A DNA stretch of 64,000 nt from Antedon mediterranea (Eukaryota > Animalia > Echinodermata). Location of the stretch: positions 5,084,001-5,148,000 of the forward strand of contig NC_092671.1 of assembly GCF_964355755.1 (NCBI RefSeq). Direction: 5' to 3'. Shown here one piece after another: positions 36,201 through 50,024 of the stretch. The position numbers and the translations under genes were made by a program. The notes beneath the pieces were generated by a model. The model was not told the DNA's origin. It made no database searches and saw only the letters and a program-made list of their open reading frames with translations. Positions within the stretch are counted from its first letter, which is position 1, and every line of letters starts with the position of its first letter.

Positions 36201-39200
36201 CAGTTGAGTTCCGGTGCCGGAATCCTAACCACGGCGAATAAAAAAAGCTGGTCTGACCCTACAGTACCTAGCCTAGTTGTCAAGATGATTTTGAGTAAAT
36301 AAAAATATAACAAAAGAAAATGGTACGCCACATCAATGAACAATGTGTGACAAAACCAGGCATCATCATGGTGACGGAACAGTTTCACATTTGAAGCTAC
36401 TTTCTGTATTCTTCTAGTTTCCAGCCTGCATGCCGCTAATTTTCATTTGTTTTTTTAAGTTATATCGCCATGGAAATAGGTCTCCAGCTAACAGTTATCC
36501 TAAAGATCCATACAATGAAACAGTTTGGCCACAAGGATTTGGAATGCTAACACAGGTACAGTAAAGATTCGTAGTCTCCATGGTAGTAGTGGCACAGTAG
36601 CTGGGCACAGTAGCTGGGCACAGTAACATGCTTACTTTACAATGTTTTTTTGTTCATATCCTGCCTCAAGGATTTTTTATATGTTGTCATGATAAGTGGA
36701 GGCCATTTTTTTTTATTTGAAGATTTTTTTGTTTAAACTCTGTTATAAACTTACTGTATAATACATTTTGATTAATTACTTCAGAACATAAGATAATCTT
36801 TTTGTTTCTATCTAAAAATTGTGAAGAAATATAAACTTACTGGAAATTGTAGTCCATTATCAATTGGTATTTTCTGGAACATATGCAGAATTTTATATTC
36901 AAAACATTCTAACTGTAGTAACTGGTATCCATTCCCACTATGTAGCTAATTATACATTTTAATTATGCAGAATGTTGCCCCTCAACATATTGTAACTTCA
37001 TCATTCATTGTTTTTTTATATTTATATATATATTTATACAGCTATTTGTAACAGATGTAAGCTTGTTTTCCAGTCGACGTTAGTGTAACGTCGACGCTAT
37101 CATCGTTAAACGTTAAAAGTTCAACGACGAGTGTTTGAAAACGATCAAGTTAAAATAATGAATAGCGAGTACCTTTTCTTGTAAATCGTTAACATTTCAA
37201 TGTTTACGTAGATGATCGCCGATTATTGTTAACGATAGCGTCAACAGGAAAACAGGCTTAATACATAATTAAAATTAATTCATAATCTTAGCAAGGAATG
37301 AATCAGCATTACGAGCTTGGGCAGTGGTTACGGAAGCGGTACATAGAAGACGTCAAATTCTTGCAGCCATCATACGTTGCGAAGGATATCGTTATACACA
37401 GCACAGACACTCATCGTACTGTTATGTCGGCACAAAGTAACCTGGCTGGAATGTTTCCTCCGAGTGGTCGTCAAATTTGGGACAAAAACCTATTATGGCA
37501 ACCGATTGGTATCTTCACATGGCCTAGAGATGAAGACCCTGTAGGTGTATAATTTTGTAGAACCTAAAACCCTATAAAGGATATAGATAGATGGAGATAC
37601 CATCAATCAGGACCCAGTATTTAAGTGCCCCCGCTCAATAAAAGTGTCCACTGAGTAGGGGTTGGCCATATTGTTTTGTTTATTAAACATTCTCCACACA
37701 TTATTATTGAACATCAAGTAAAATATTTAATGTTTAGAAGGAAGCCTAAATAAGTTTAAAGAAACTTTATGCCTAGGCTCCCAGAAATAAATGAAATAAC
37801 AATGTAGTTAGACATATTGCCCATTGTTCATTTCATGAGAATATGTCCTCTGGTTTTCCCTGAATAGTGATGTCCCAAATAAAAATATTTATCAAAACAC
37901 AAAAGCTTGTAGGATTAAACTTTAAAACTAGTGTATAAAGTTCTACAGTTATCTTTCTTTTTGTTTTTTAAATATAGAATTTGCCTTCTTTGTTTACAGT
38001 AATTAACTGAATTAAAAGCTTAGGAACAATTTTGTTTTCACAGGTTTTAAAATCACGTATACCTTGCCCGAAACGAGATATTATGATTGAAGAAAAAACC
38101 AAGCCTCTGTATGATCAGTTTAATAAAAAACACAAGGTAACAAATAAATAATGGCATAAAAATACAGGAAGCCTGATATCCCAAATCTTATTATAATTTG
38201 AGTAGGAGAAAAAAATACTTGTTATTGAAAACTTGTCAGTGAGTAAATGGGAAAAAAATATCACTGCTGCTGTTTCAATTTTTCGATAAAATATATATTT
38301 TACAAAAATCACTCAAAAAAACAAGTGAACAAGCCCACGCTATTTCACATGGTATTAATTTCTTTTGTATATTGTTGAGAGACACTCCTTTCCACGTACT
38401 CCACCCACATAAAAAGCGGATTTTTATTATAATTTGAGTTTCAGCGGCCTTTTTCCGAGTGTAAACAAAATTGTTGGTCCTTCAAAAAAAGTCTTGGTTT
38501 TAAGCGACTTTTCAGAGAATCCGGTATTGGGAGAGTTACAGTAGTGTTCTGGGATAAAAACTTTCTAATTACTTTTGTTTTTTGTACTAAAAATTATAAA
38601 ATTATTTATGTATATAACAGGTCATTTGTTATCATCCTAGTATAAACAGTGCCGTTATACTCTCGGATTAGATTTAATCATATACATTTTTTTAAATATA
38701 CAAACAACAATGTACATTTTTTCTTCTTTTTACAGAAAATAATTGATTATATTTCTCAACATAGTGGTGTTAAAGAACAAATACATTCACTTGGGCTAGT
38801 TGCAGATGCGTTATATTTTGAGGTTTGTAACAATTCGTTTTTTCACAATTACCTAAGCAAATATTTTTGTTCTTAAATCTTAAAGGACGAATTCATTCTA
38901 CTATAAGATTAAAAGAACTGGTTTGATAAAACAAAACCTTATTTTTTCACTTAAGCACTTATTAGATATTGACTTAAGCAAAAAGATTTGATAAATGCCA
39001 GCACTATTCATAAGAATAGTGTTAATCTCTTATTGTCGTTTTAACTATTTATAGAAAGCAGCAAATTTGATATTACCAGATTGGGCACTAAAGAAGGTTG
39101 ATGGCTGGGATGGTACTTATTATCAGTGGACAATACTTCTTAAAAATTACCAGTGGGAAGCTGTGTATCAAAATCTTAGCTCTGAGGTGAAGAAGCTACT

Positions 39201-42200
39201 ATCAGGTAAATCTAGTTTCATCTTGAAAAAATAACTGTTATTTTTACCACATATATGATCAGGGAACCTATTCACCACTGTAGAATAAAGGCAATCTAAC
39301 AACAGGACACTGAGCTCGCCTTGCAAGATGGGAACTCGTAACAGTCCTTTGATCTTAAGTCTAGCTGTGACAAAACTAACTATGTACATATTCTCTGTGG
39401 CGCAGTTTCTGTTAAGAGGCGTGGAACTTATCGTGTCGCAGCCACACATAAACCCTTTGATCTCCGGAGCTCAGCATCATGTTTTCAGATTGCCTAAGTG
39501 TTAAAGCTTGTGTACACTATCAAACTCAATGGGACAAAAAAATGTGATGTGCCCATATATGGACATGATGATATCATATCACTACCATATTTAAGCATAG
39601 CACTACCATATATGGTATATATTATTTCCTAATCCAATTTCACAATAATCAGAAATGCCACTAACCACAATTTTGTTCTGCTCTACACAAGAAAGCGTAT
39701 TTAAAATACATTTTTCATCGGTACTACTGTAGATAGTTTCTAAATTTCTAATGGTAACTGTAGGGTGATTTTTTTTTATATCATTACCCTTTTTTAAAGC
39801 TCTGTCTACACTATCAAAGCTAGTTTGACAAAAAAAAGTGTGATATGCCCAAATATAGTATTCATATGCCCAAATATGGTAGTGATATGACATCATGTCC
39901 CTATATGGGCACATCACATTTTTTTTGTCAAACTAGTTTGATAGTGTAGACAGAGCTTAAGTCTTTAATCAACAATATGTTGTGGTCTATGGATCCTGAA
40001 CCTGACATAAAGTGGAAATGATTGAATCTTATTGGTGTGCTAAATGAAATAACTTCTTTCTTTTATTCACTAAGGTACCCTAGTGGCTGCAATAGCTGCT
40101 CATTTTAGTGCTGTTGGAATAGGGCAGCCATCTCCTAAATTCTTTATGTATTCTGCAGTAAGTATTTAAAATGATATTTTTTACTCATTTGCCCATATTG
40201 AGTAGTAATTGTCTAAATCCAGTTACTTTCGGGTGTCCGGTTCGGGCATCTTATTCCTTTGATTTTATTAGTTTCCATATGCTCCATATTATATGCCCAT
40301 TGGAAATAATGTGTTTTGTTTTAATTTAATGTATTGAAATAAAATTAATAGTGATGGGGTGTGAATATGCTTACTATAACTGCACAAACAAGTTTCTTGC
40401 AAATGCGGAATTTAATTGTTCTCCAACTTGATCCGATTTACTATAACAAATAACTAATTATTACAAAATAATATATACGGTATAATAAATAATTCTATAC
40501 AATAATAATAATAATAGGCCTTACATAAGTATCTAAATAAGTCATAGATAAAACACTACAATATAAATAATTCTTTGTTTAAAATAATTACAACTATAAT
40601 AATAATAATAATAAGATAAGACTCAATTGCTTACCAAAGATATGCCTGGATAACATGTACAGCTATAGCTATACACTATATCAATTACTACTGTACTACA
40701 GCTTTAGGCTTCTAAGTAAGCCTTGGTACATCTACCACTTCTATAGCTAGGCCAGCTTAGGCTTCTAAATAAGCCTTTTGTGCTTGCTAGGTCCTTACCC
40801 AACAAGCCTAACTATCCAACTGCCAGCCACAGCCCAAGCAAGCTATGCCCTCATTAGCATAACCCATATGGTTGATCACCTGTTCACTTGACACCCTTCA
40901 GTGAACACAAGCACAGTATACCTAGCTTGGATTTGGCACTTACACTTAGGCGTCATGTCCAAATGTTTTCAAACTGACAAAGCGCGTTAATCGCATTTTC
41001 TTTTGTTTTAGCGTTAGCGTGAAAATTCTAAAATCGTCAGACCATTTGGAAAATGGACAATATGCATAGCTTGTAATAGTTCCGCCCACTAACATGCTTG
41101 ACTGATTTTTACGAATCGTTTAACGTCGTTGCGAATCGCTTCGTGAACGTCGTTTAACGATGAGTCATCACAAACAGGCCCAAACAATTCCCGTTTCAGT
41201 TTACCTTTTAATTAAGAGAGTTTGTAGCTGAATTGTATTCCAGGGGTGCCGATCTCAAACATCATTCTAAAATGTTTAAAAGTTCGTAACCTCAATAAAT
41301 AATTTAATATTAATAATAAACAGGGGCCTGGAATGTTTTTTAGTCGCTTTCTTTTACATAGCCGACTGAAATTATCATTAGGAAGTTCATACGATGAACT
41401 AAGCACCTATAATAAGCAACACGATGTGCTGCCACGCCACCGGTGAACTATTCACATCTCACTTCTAAATGCATTAGCGAACGTCTACAGTAGCCGATCG
41501 ATAAAAAAAAAAGGTTTTCTAAAAATATGTACATGTATATGTACATATTCCATGCTGCGCGCAGTGTCTGTTAAGGGCCGTGGTACTGATCGTGTCGCAG
41601 AGCTCAGCATCCTGTTGTTAGATTGCCTTGCTTTCAGAGATAGCTAGAGCTTGGTTCAATAATTGATCAATCACAAGCAATAGATAATTAGAAATGTTGC
41701 TTGTCATTGGTCAACTTGCTGGCATTGAGCTTTACATCCTAGTAGGAAACAAGCATGTAAGCAAACTGCTTTGATCTGAAAACCAATTTTAATGAGGATA
41801 TGTTAGATGACAACCACTCTTTGTATACTGACTTTCAATTTGTGTTGTTAAATAGATTATATATTGAATCATTGTTTTTTTAGCATGATACCAATGTAGC
41901 TGGGTTTCTGTCCAGTATAAGTATGTTTAATAACATTCTACCTCCACCAGCCTCTTGTGTTATAGTAGAACTTTATAAAGATTTAGATAAAAAGTAAGTT
42001 TTTTTTTTCAAATTACTGACAAAAATGACAATGCTGTGGGTATTATAAGAAGTGGCTGGATCTCAATGGAGATACAAAATAAAATAAGCACAAAGCTTAA
42101 TCCAAACTAATAAAGCAAAACAGCCAAACAAATTCTTCGTGCAACACTATTCATCAGTGCAACTGAATACACTGTATACCCAGTTATCTAATAGTTAACT

Positions 42201-44733
42201 AATTACTGTAGACCAATCCTTACACAATTATCCACTAAACAGTTAACTAAAGTAGTTACTATAAACCAATCTTTATACATAGGATCTACCAACGGTTAAC
42301 TATTACTGTAGACCAATCCTTATACACAATTATCCACTAAACAGTAGCTACAGTAGTTACTATAGACCAATCTTTATACGTAGGATCTAATAACTGTTAA
42401 CTAGTTAACAGTGACCAATATTTATACCCACTTATACTAAAAAGTTAACTACAGCAGTTACTGTAGACCAAGTTCATACCAAATTATCTATTAACAGTTA
42501 ACTAGCGAGTCAAATCTGTATACCTAGTTATCTACTATACTAACAAATAACTAATTTTTTTTTTATGAGAATCGTAAGGTGTTTTTTTTTTTTGCAGTTT
42601 GTTAACTGTAGAATTATTATATAAAAATGATACATCGAAACCACCTTACAAACTCAGAATAGGACCTGATGGAGACAAATGTGCAGAACAGTGTCCTATT
42701 GACCAATTCTTAGAATATGCCAAGTCAGTCACCCCAGATGACTTTCAAAAGGAATGCAATCAACACGTTCATTTAACTATGCCTGTTGAATGGAACACAG
42801 GTAAGAACACGTAGTCTGCAAATTTTTATAATCTTACATTCTGTTACAGTATTATTATTTGCGTTCAAGGATGTAGCCAATCAGACGCACTGAAATAAGT
42901 CAATTGTGCGCTCTTTATTTTTTCACTATCATACACTGGAGTGCAAAAATTGCCTTGTGCATGTTGCACTATTGTGAATACCCTTGAGTGCGCCGCATCT
43001 CCACTAACGCACACTGACTTGTTTGTTATTTGTATAATAATGTAAATGATATCAAGTGATTGCTATCATCATCATAGGTTGGTTGATCTTTGCCGTTGTC
43101 TTCTTGATGTTCATCTGCCTGTTAGGCCATCCTAAAAAAAAAGTTTGTTTCCTGTCGATTTTTGGCCCAAAAAAGTTCCAGTCGGGAGGCCGGATAATTT
43201 TTGTTGTTATTATTATTTTATTTGTTTGCGCACTGAAGACGTACATAGGCACGGCTAACTAGGCCTAATGTTTTATAGACCTGACACAACCACACAAACG
43301 GCACAAAAGCGCCCGTCTGTCCAGATAAATAAAGAAAAATAGCCTATCCTAGTCTAGGCCTAGGCTACCTATAGAGCCTAAGATAGACCTATTTCAACAG
43401 ATTATTAAATTACTAGGCTAGAAAAATTAATATTAAATAAGCCCTAGGCCTAGGGCATACCCTCCTAGGCCTAGACAAAACATTAAACATAATAATTGTA
43501 ACCAAAGCAATATCGTCCCGGCCGCCATGCATGGTAAATCATGGTATAGATAAATAAAATACGTGGGTGTACACTTTTAATAATCAAGCTAAATACGTTC
43601 CTCGATCGGAGTTAATTAAAATGTATTAATGTCGCACCCCCCCTCCCCCAATAATCGAGAGCTAGCCGCCCTCGTTGAAAATCAAACGCACTCCAATTCT
43701 CCCCGTCGGCTGCCGATTCCATCAAACACGCAATTCAATTCATTGGGAAAACAATTCCATTTGACGTACACGCACCCTCTGATAAGTAATTCCACACAAA
43801 GTCGTACGAAGGATCGTTGGAAATCAATTCCTTTTGACGTACACGCACCCTCTGAAAAAAAATACCATGTGCGTTCCTGCATGGTGTAGTCCATTATACG
43901 TTTAAAAAGAGGGGTTTACGCTTTTAGTACCAAAGTTAAACACACACTTCAACCCGAAGATCATTGAAAGTGTAAGAATTTTATAGCACCCACCTCAATA
44001 ATCCAGCCCTCAGATCATCGAAAAACGTCGTACACTAAATTAACGAACGTGTTTTTACCGAACTCAAGGAAATGGTATAGTCCACCACAATACTTGTGTG
44101 CAGGAGGCTAGGCAGAAAGAGGTCGGCCGTCACCATGGCCATGTCTTCCTCCTGAAGAAACATGTTTTAAATTTGTATAAATATGGATTATAATAACAAA
44201 AAAAGCTTCAGAAATCGAACCTTGGAAAATAAATAAATAAATTTTATGTTATTGGCTTAATTTTTACCGTGGTTAAAAAAACTGTGTGTATGAATAGTTG
44301 TTAGGTAAGGCCTGTTTTTTTTTATCGCATTGTTTTAAACTAAAACGAAACATTCAACACAGAACGGTAAACGTTAAACATTGTGCCTTCTTATTTACAT
44401 AGATCGTACTGTAAATACACGTAATAAATGAAATACAAAAAGACATAGACAGTCCTACTAGTACTACTACGCTATCTGATGAATGGGGGAAATCCCCAAA
44501 AACATTTCTGCGGGTAGAATTTTTTAATTTTTTTAATCCACCTGGGCGCTCGACCGGAAACAAGCTATTTTTTTTATTTTTACCTTACGTTTACTATGTG
44601 CGTGCCAACGATAATAATGGCCTGTAAAGGTACGGTCTACTACAAGCCACAGAGTTCAAGGCAACTGATAAATTTCCATCTGTTAGGGACCGGTTTGAGT
44701 GAGTCAGAAGATGAGGCTGTATTTGACGCATAG
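33286..44733 (+). CDS. Histidine acid phosphatase (lysosomal ACP2/prostatic ACP3-like), copy 1; last exon interrupted by a transposon
   Basis: Exons 33286-33402, 36460-36555, 37292-37540, 38044-38136, 38736-38822, 39055-39205, 40075-40157, 41884-41993, 42598-42800, 43078-(TE)-44733. Signal-peptide-like N-terminus, [36 protein letters not shown]-terminal TM segment. Confidence 0.9.
33915..34310. repeat. ~67-bp tandem repeat (~5-6 copies) inside the TIR element
   Basis: tatacagtattgcaataataatttacgtacggtattgccgaatctttatatctc unit. Confidence 0.85.
34334..34671. mobile_element. MITE with ~55-bp TIRs and TAA TSD (PIF/Harbinger-type), nested
   Basis: taa|tgcacttgtcaattgtatgactcactatacgacccccgggagaggtgcgtcat...atgacgcacctctcccgggggtcgtatagtgggtcacacaattgacaagtgca|taa. 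Confidence 0.9.
35609..36236. mobile_element. MULE-like MITE, ~70-bp TIRs, 9-bp TSD
   Basis: cgccgtggttaggattccgacaccggaactcaactgcc / ggcagttgagttccggtgccggaatcctaaccacggcg; TSD aataaaaaa; absent at the paralogous site ~51145. Confidence 0.88.
37059..37260. mobile_element. ~200-bp MITE in intron 2 of phosphatase copy 1
   Basis: aagcttgttttccagtcgacgtta / tagcgtcaacaggaaaacaggctt imperfect TIRs; absent from copy 2. Confidence 0.65.
39797..39958. mobile_element. ~150-bp MITE family, well-preserved copy
   Basis: aagctctgtctacactatcaaa...tttgatagtgtagacagagctt perfect TIRs. Confidence 0.9.
42180..42545. repeat. Degenerate ~55-60-bp tandem repeat in intron 8 of phosphatase copy 1
   Basis: Recurring ttactgtagaccaatc...aacagttaacta. 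Confidence 0.65.
43125..44584. mobile_element. ~1.46-kb non-autonomous DNA transposon (TTA target, GG..CC ends) inserted in the last coding exon of phosphatase copy 1
   Basis: tta|ggccatcctaaaaaaaaagtttgtttcctgtcga...tcgaccggaaacaagctattttttttatttttacc|tta; the flanks correspond to contiguous sequence in copy 2 (58620-58650). Confidence 0.85.
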
Positions 44734-45867
44734 CATTGTTTTTATATATATGTGGGGATTAATCTAATCATGTGATAATTAAATACTGCCCCCTATAGGT
44801 GTTGCTGCCCCCTATAATTGTAACAGTCTTTTTCAAATGATTTGCTTTCTTTTGTATTTCATGAACCGGTCAAGGAAGCAGATAGTTTTGTCTCTTATTT
44901 AATTAAAGATCTGATTAAAAGGTAATTGCTCTACTTTTTACATATATTACTTTGTTATACATTTATAAGATTCTGTTATGTTTAAGAAACATTGATGTTG
45001 TATTTTAAGATGATTGCATTCATAGGCCTAGACATTTGTTTTGGGTTAACCTTGACTCATGGAATGTGCAGTTAGGAAGCCTATTGAATAGTATTGTGTT
45101 ACAATCTTTGAACTAGGATTTTATGCCATATAATGTTATAATATATACTTTTGTGATAAACCTTCTTTGTATTAACAAAATATGTTTAGATAGATTTAGT
45201 AATGTTTAGTTTATAGAAGATAGTTTCTAGTTAACAGTTTGTATAAAATAGTTCATCCTACAGTTCACACTTGATTAATTTGTATACACGAGGCTACCAT
45301 GCTCGTGATAGATCGTCATGTAGTGCGCCCTCTATTTATCATACAAAATGGCTGCGCCCATGGATTTGTTATTGTTTATATATTTTACACAAACCTAAGA
45401 TTATAACTCCTTGATTCAATGAATAGACTAAGTTTAGTATTCAAATAGTGTGAGTAAATTCCAACATGCATTTATTCTAGTAATATAATAGTAATATTCA
45501 GGCACTTATGATGCAATTGTGTAGGTAATTAATTAGGTATTTGTATACTCTAACAAAGTATACAGAGGCTGTTTAGGTAGACGTGCCGTTTGACGTAATA
45601 GTCGCAGTCCTCAGAGAGAATCCTTTTTATTAGAGTCGCCTGTTAAGTTGAGGTCGTTACTAAGAATTGGCTTGTATTTTAGAATATTATTTACTTTTGT
45701 TTCTCATTGTATTTATCTTGTGGTTTTCAGGACCATACTGATCTCTATTGTTATGCTAAAAACAAATTAAAACCAAATACACCACCGGACCGTGGTAAAA
45801 GTGAGAAAAGGCGTGTTTTTCCTTTTGTGTTGTCGTCCACATCCTTACATATATATAGAATATTTGA

Positions 45868-46200
45868 AGATGTATTGTCCCCCTGAAAAAATAATTTTTA
45901 ACAAAATTTGTGTTGAATATGCCATTTTAATGTAATAGTTAAATCCACTTTGACCAATATTTAGATTTTAAAAAAAATGTTTTTACTTGAAAAAACTGTA
46001 ATTTAAAGCAAAACATGGTCAAATTTTGGTTTTTGGTTGAATTTAACCATTTATGTTGTCATTTTATAAGTGAAAATATTTTTTTTTTTTCGTTGTTTTT
46101 TCTACGGAAGTGATTAACTTTATTAAAACTACAAAATAAGATATTTAAAGTCTGATTTAATTAATCTTCATTTTTCATGTTTTTGAGGGACAATACATCT
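45868..46200. mobile_element. TTAA-type MITE, family A
   Basis: agatgtattgtcccc...ggggacaatacatct|ttaa; internal similarity to 11675-12024. Confidence 0.88.
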
Positions 46201-48242
46201 TTAAATTAAATTTAAACTAAAAATAATATACAAAAATTAAAATATCTGTATTTGAGGTGCTGATTTATGATCTGTTTCATTTGGGATTTGAACCCAATAT
46301 TTGTATACAAAAAACAATGTTTTAAGTAATCAATAATTATAATTGTCCTGATTATAAGTGATAATTGGCATGTTTATTAACCAGTAGTACTGTGGTAACC
46401 TTATTGTATTAACCATTCATTGATTTTACTTTTTGAAATTGTATTTAGTATTCGAACTAAGTATTTGTTGCACTGTGTACTGTAGGGCACTCGATCAATT
46501 AACCATATTTTATCATTGTTTTAATGTTTTTAAAATATTTACCTGGTTGGTCTAAAATGTATTTTAGACTTTGTCTTTCAAGATTTTATCAAATTTAATT
46601 GCCAATTTATGCTCTTCCAGTAATTTTATAAGCAGGGTAAGTTTATGTTATTATGCCAAAAAAAAAAAAAAATTGTTACCACCGTACTGTAAATTATAAA
46701 ATAAGCATAGTGCTAAGCTTTTTTGCCATATTGGTGGGTGAATTTGTGGTACGTCTCTCTAAATAAATGAAATATGAACATTTTAATTTTCCAAAATACT
46801 AAAATTATAGATTAACAATTGAGGTAAACAAATAAAGTGTTGCAGTTGAAAAAAAAATCACTAAACCCTCCATTTTAAAAATCTTTGTAGTACAGTATTC
46901 ATAATACAGTACCTATAAATAAAGATTGTAATTTAATATAACTGTAAAAATTTTGCAATACTGTTAGTTAGTAATTTTTAAATGATGGTACAGTTTAAAA
47001 GTTATGGAATAGATATCATAAATTGTAGAAATATATTAATTATTAAACAGATATTCGTGTTTCTTGACGCGCAAGAATTCTATATGTTCGAATATGATTT
47101 CATTACAGTACTCGAGTCTTTCCAAAGAATATTCATCATTCCTCCTATGTTAATATTTCACTTCATATTTTTACACTACGTTTAGTTTTGTGCTGTGGAA
47201 TATATTGAGGTAATTTGCTGAATAGTGTTTGACTATGTCTAGCTTGGGTGCTTCAATCTTGTGTGTGATTGTGCTAGTGTGCACTATGGACTACAGTATA
47301 TATCTGTAGGTTGTACAGACATTCTTGCCGCCTTGTGCCCGTTTCCTTGCCCTTGGGTTACTTCATTTCTGATTGGAATTATATAGCATTAAAATAATAT
47401 GTAAGCTCTGTCTACACTATCAAACTAGTTGGACAAAAAAATGTGTTTAGATATAAAGTTAGATAAATCATGAATGATTCCACCGAACTTACATATGGCA
47501 TTTAATGAATAGGCAAACTGCAAAGGAAAATGTGACATGTTTCTGATGATGAGAATAGTTTCTCGAAACATGTCTCATTTCAAGGCAGTTTGCCTTACTA
47601 TAGTTATTTTAACTTTTTAGATTTAAAGTGCAATAAATGTTTAACTTTTTAATATTAGTACTAAGAAGTACTGTAGTTTTTGGCAACTGCTCAAACACAC
47701 TTAAGCATGTTTTTAGGACATATATTGTAAATGTTATTCAAGGGTTTTATGAACTTTTTAAACTCAAACTACTGTAACTGTAAAAATACATTTCACCAAA
47801 AATATTAAAAAATCAATGTTCTATTTTTTAAAATTTGTGTTTTAATCACTTTCATTTTAAGTTTTGTGATTTTTTAAAAATCAAACTGTAATAATGTATT
47901 ATGTAATTATAATATACAGATATATATATATATACAGACTTAATTTAAATATTAAAAAAAAAATAAAAATTTCAACTTTGTTTTTAAGTTTAAGTAAGTT
48001 TGTAATATTCTTAATAAAAATGATACAATATGCATAATCTGTCTTCATATATTTATTAGTGCCATACTTAAAAATAATCTTCTAAAATAATTTTTTTTTA
48101 TAAGGAGTTTTCAGAGTCAATTTCTTCTACTCAACATTCATAGGGCTCTTTCATTTTTATGATGTACTTCTTCTGCATGCTCATATGATTTTTGCAATTG
48201 TTATTTCATGTCAATTTTGAGGATGTTCACAATCAATGTTCA

Positions 48243-50024
48243 TCATCCCACATTTGTATCAACAATAGCAAACATTTTATGCGTTGATATTTCGTGATCT
48301 TTCTTTGTGTACATCCTTACAGTTTCGTTAATCTGTTTGAGACGAAGGTCATTCGTAAGTAATCGTATAAACGAAGGGTTCGTAAGAGGCGCAGTTATAT
48401 AAAGCACCTCATCTGGTATTACGGATATCAGAGCCAAAATTAAAACCTGCGTTTCTGCTGTGTTGAGAGCATACAAAGGTCCAATACGATGACATTTGGT
48501 TTCTTGTAGAGGGCGTACTACACAGTACCCCATAATTTTATCATCTGAAATAAAAAAAATTATTAAAGAATAAAGTAACATTTTTAAAATAGAATAATTT
48601 TGCAATTTAATCTGTTTGTGAAAATGCATTATCAATTTTTTGCTTAAGTGAAAAACTGGTAAGTGAAAATGCATTTATCAATTTTTTGCTTAAATGAAAA
48701 ATAGTGATCAAACCAGTTTTTATATCTTAAAGAATGGCATTTTTCTCATTTAATAAAACAAATTTGCTTGGTTTATTTTGAAAATTGACTTAAGCTAAAT
48801 CATTGACAGATAATTTATTTGCTAAGCAAGTTGGCGCTGTTATTGGAATTCAAGAGATATTGTGCAGTAGTATATTTGAAATCTAAAATGAAAAAAATGA
48901 AAAGTCTGAGGCAACATGGGGTTTTTAGGATGGGAAATTCAAAGCAAGATGTTTAAGCTCTGTCTACACTATCAACTTGATGTGACAGAAAATGTAATGT
49001 GCCCATATATAGATATGATATCATATCACTACCATATTTGGGTACATCACACTTTTTTTGTCAAACTAGTTTGATAGTGTAGACAGAGCTTTAGTAATGC
49101 TTACGTTCTGTCACTAGTAAGCTAGTTCCTTTCTTTTCAGTTTTAGTCCAGCTCATGATGATTAGCCGTCTGTCTACACCAAAGATCTCTGTGACATATT
49201 CCACAACTCTTCCCAAAGGTCCTTTGGGAATAGAATGTATGGAAGGATTTTGACCCAGCTCCGGGAAAAATGGTGTCTTTTTTGTTTTAAAGCAGCCATT
49301 ATGCCATGCTGTGATAAACCCTAATGTCTCCATCATCATCCCACATTTGTATCAACAATAGCAAACATTTTATGCGTTGATATTTCGTGATCTTTCTTTG
49401 TGTACATCCTTACAGTTTCGTTAATCTGTTTGAGACGAAGGTCATTCGTAAGTAATCGTATAAACGAAGGGTTCGTAAGAGGCGCAGTTATATAAAGCAC
49501 CTCATCTGGTATTACGGATATCAGAGCCAAAATTAAAACCTGCGTTTCTGCTGTGTTGAGAGCATACAAAGGTCCAATACGATGACATTTGGTTTCTTGT
49601 AGAGGGCGTACTACACAGTACCCCATAATTTTATCATCTGAAATAAAAAAAATTATTAAAGAATAAAGTAACATTTTTAAAATAGAATAATTTTGCAATT
49701 TAATCTGTTTGTGAAAATGCATTATCAATTTTTTGATCAGATGTTCTAATCCTTGTTCCTTTTTTTTTCTCATCCACATGACAAAATCCTATATCCAAAG
49801 GAATCACTATATCGGATCTCTCCTATTGTGCCAATAACTTCTGTCAGTGACGTATAGTATAACAATTTATGAAACATCTTTAAATCTGTAGTTTTAGCTC
49901 TACAACCCTCAAGAGCTAAGCTGTTTGCTAGTATGCACGATTCTGATAACGTGCACATTCTATGAACATTGAGAATAATCGTTTTCAGAAGTTTTCTCGA
50001 GGTTTGTTTGAAGAAAGTCGACAT
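48243..50024 (-). pseudogene. Degenerate GNAT acetyltransferase (paralog of 61076-62326)
   Basis: Relative to the intact copy: several deletions and frameshifts in exon 1, and a ~400-bp duplicate of exon 2 with its stop codon (49334-49735) inserted in mid exon 1; true exon 2 at 48243-~48545. Confidence 0.88.
48955..49091. mobile_element. ~150-bp MITE family copy next to the GNAT pseudogene intron donor
   Basis: aagctctgtctacactatcaa...ttgatagtgtagacagagctt; empty site gatgttagtatgcttac in the intact paralog (~61652). Confidence 0.85.

Noticed and set aside
43121-44588. U12-type intron removing the TE from phosphatase copy 1
   Set aside because: The 3' end tttaccttac resembles a U12 branch point, but there is no RTATCCTT donor and GT..AC termini are not a recognised class.
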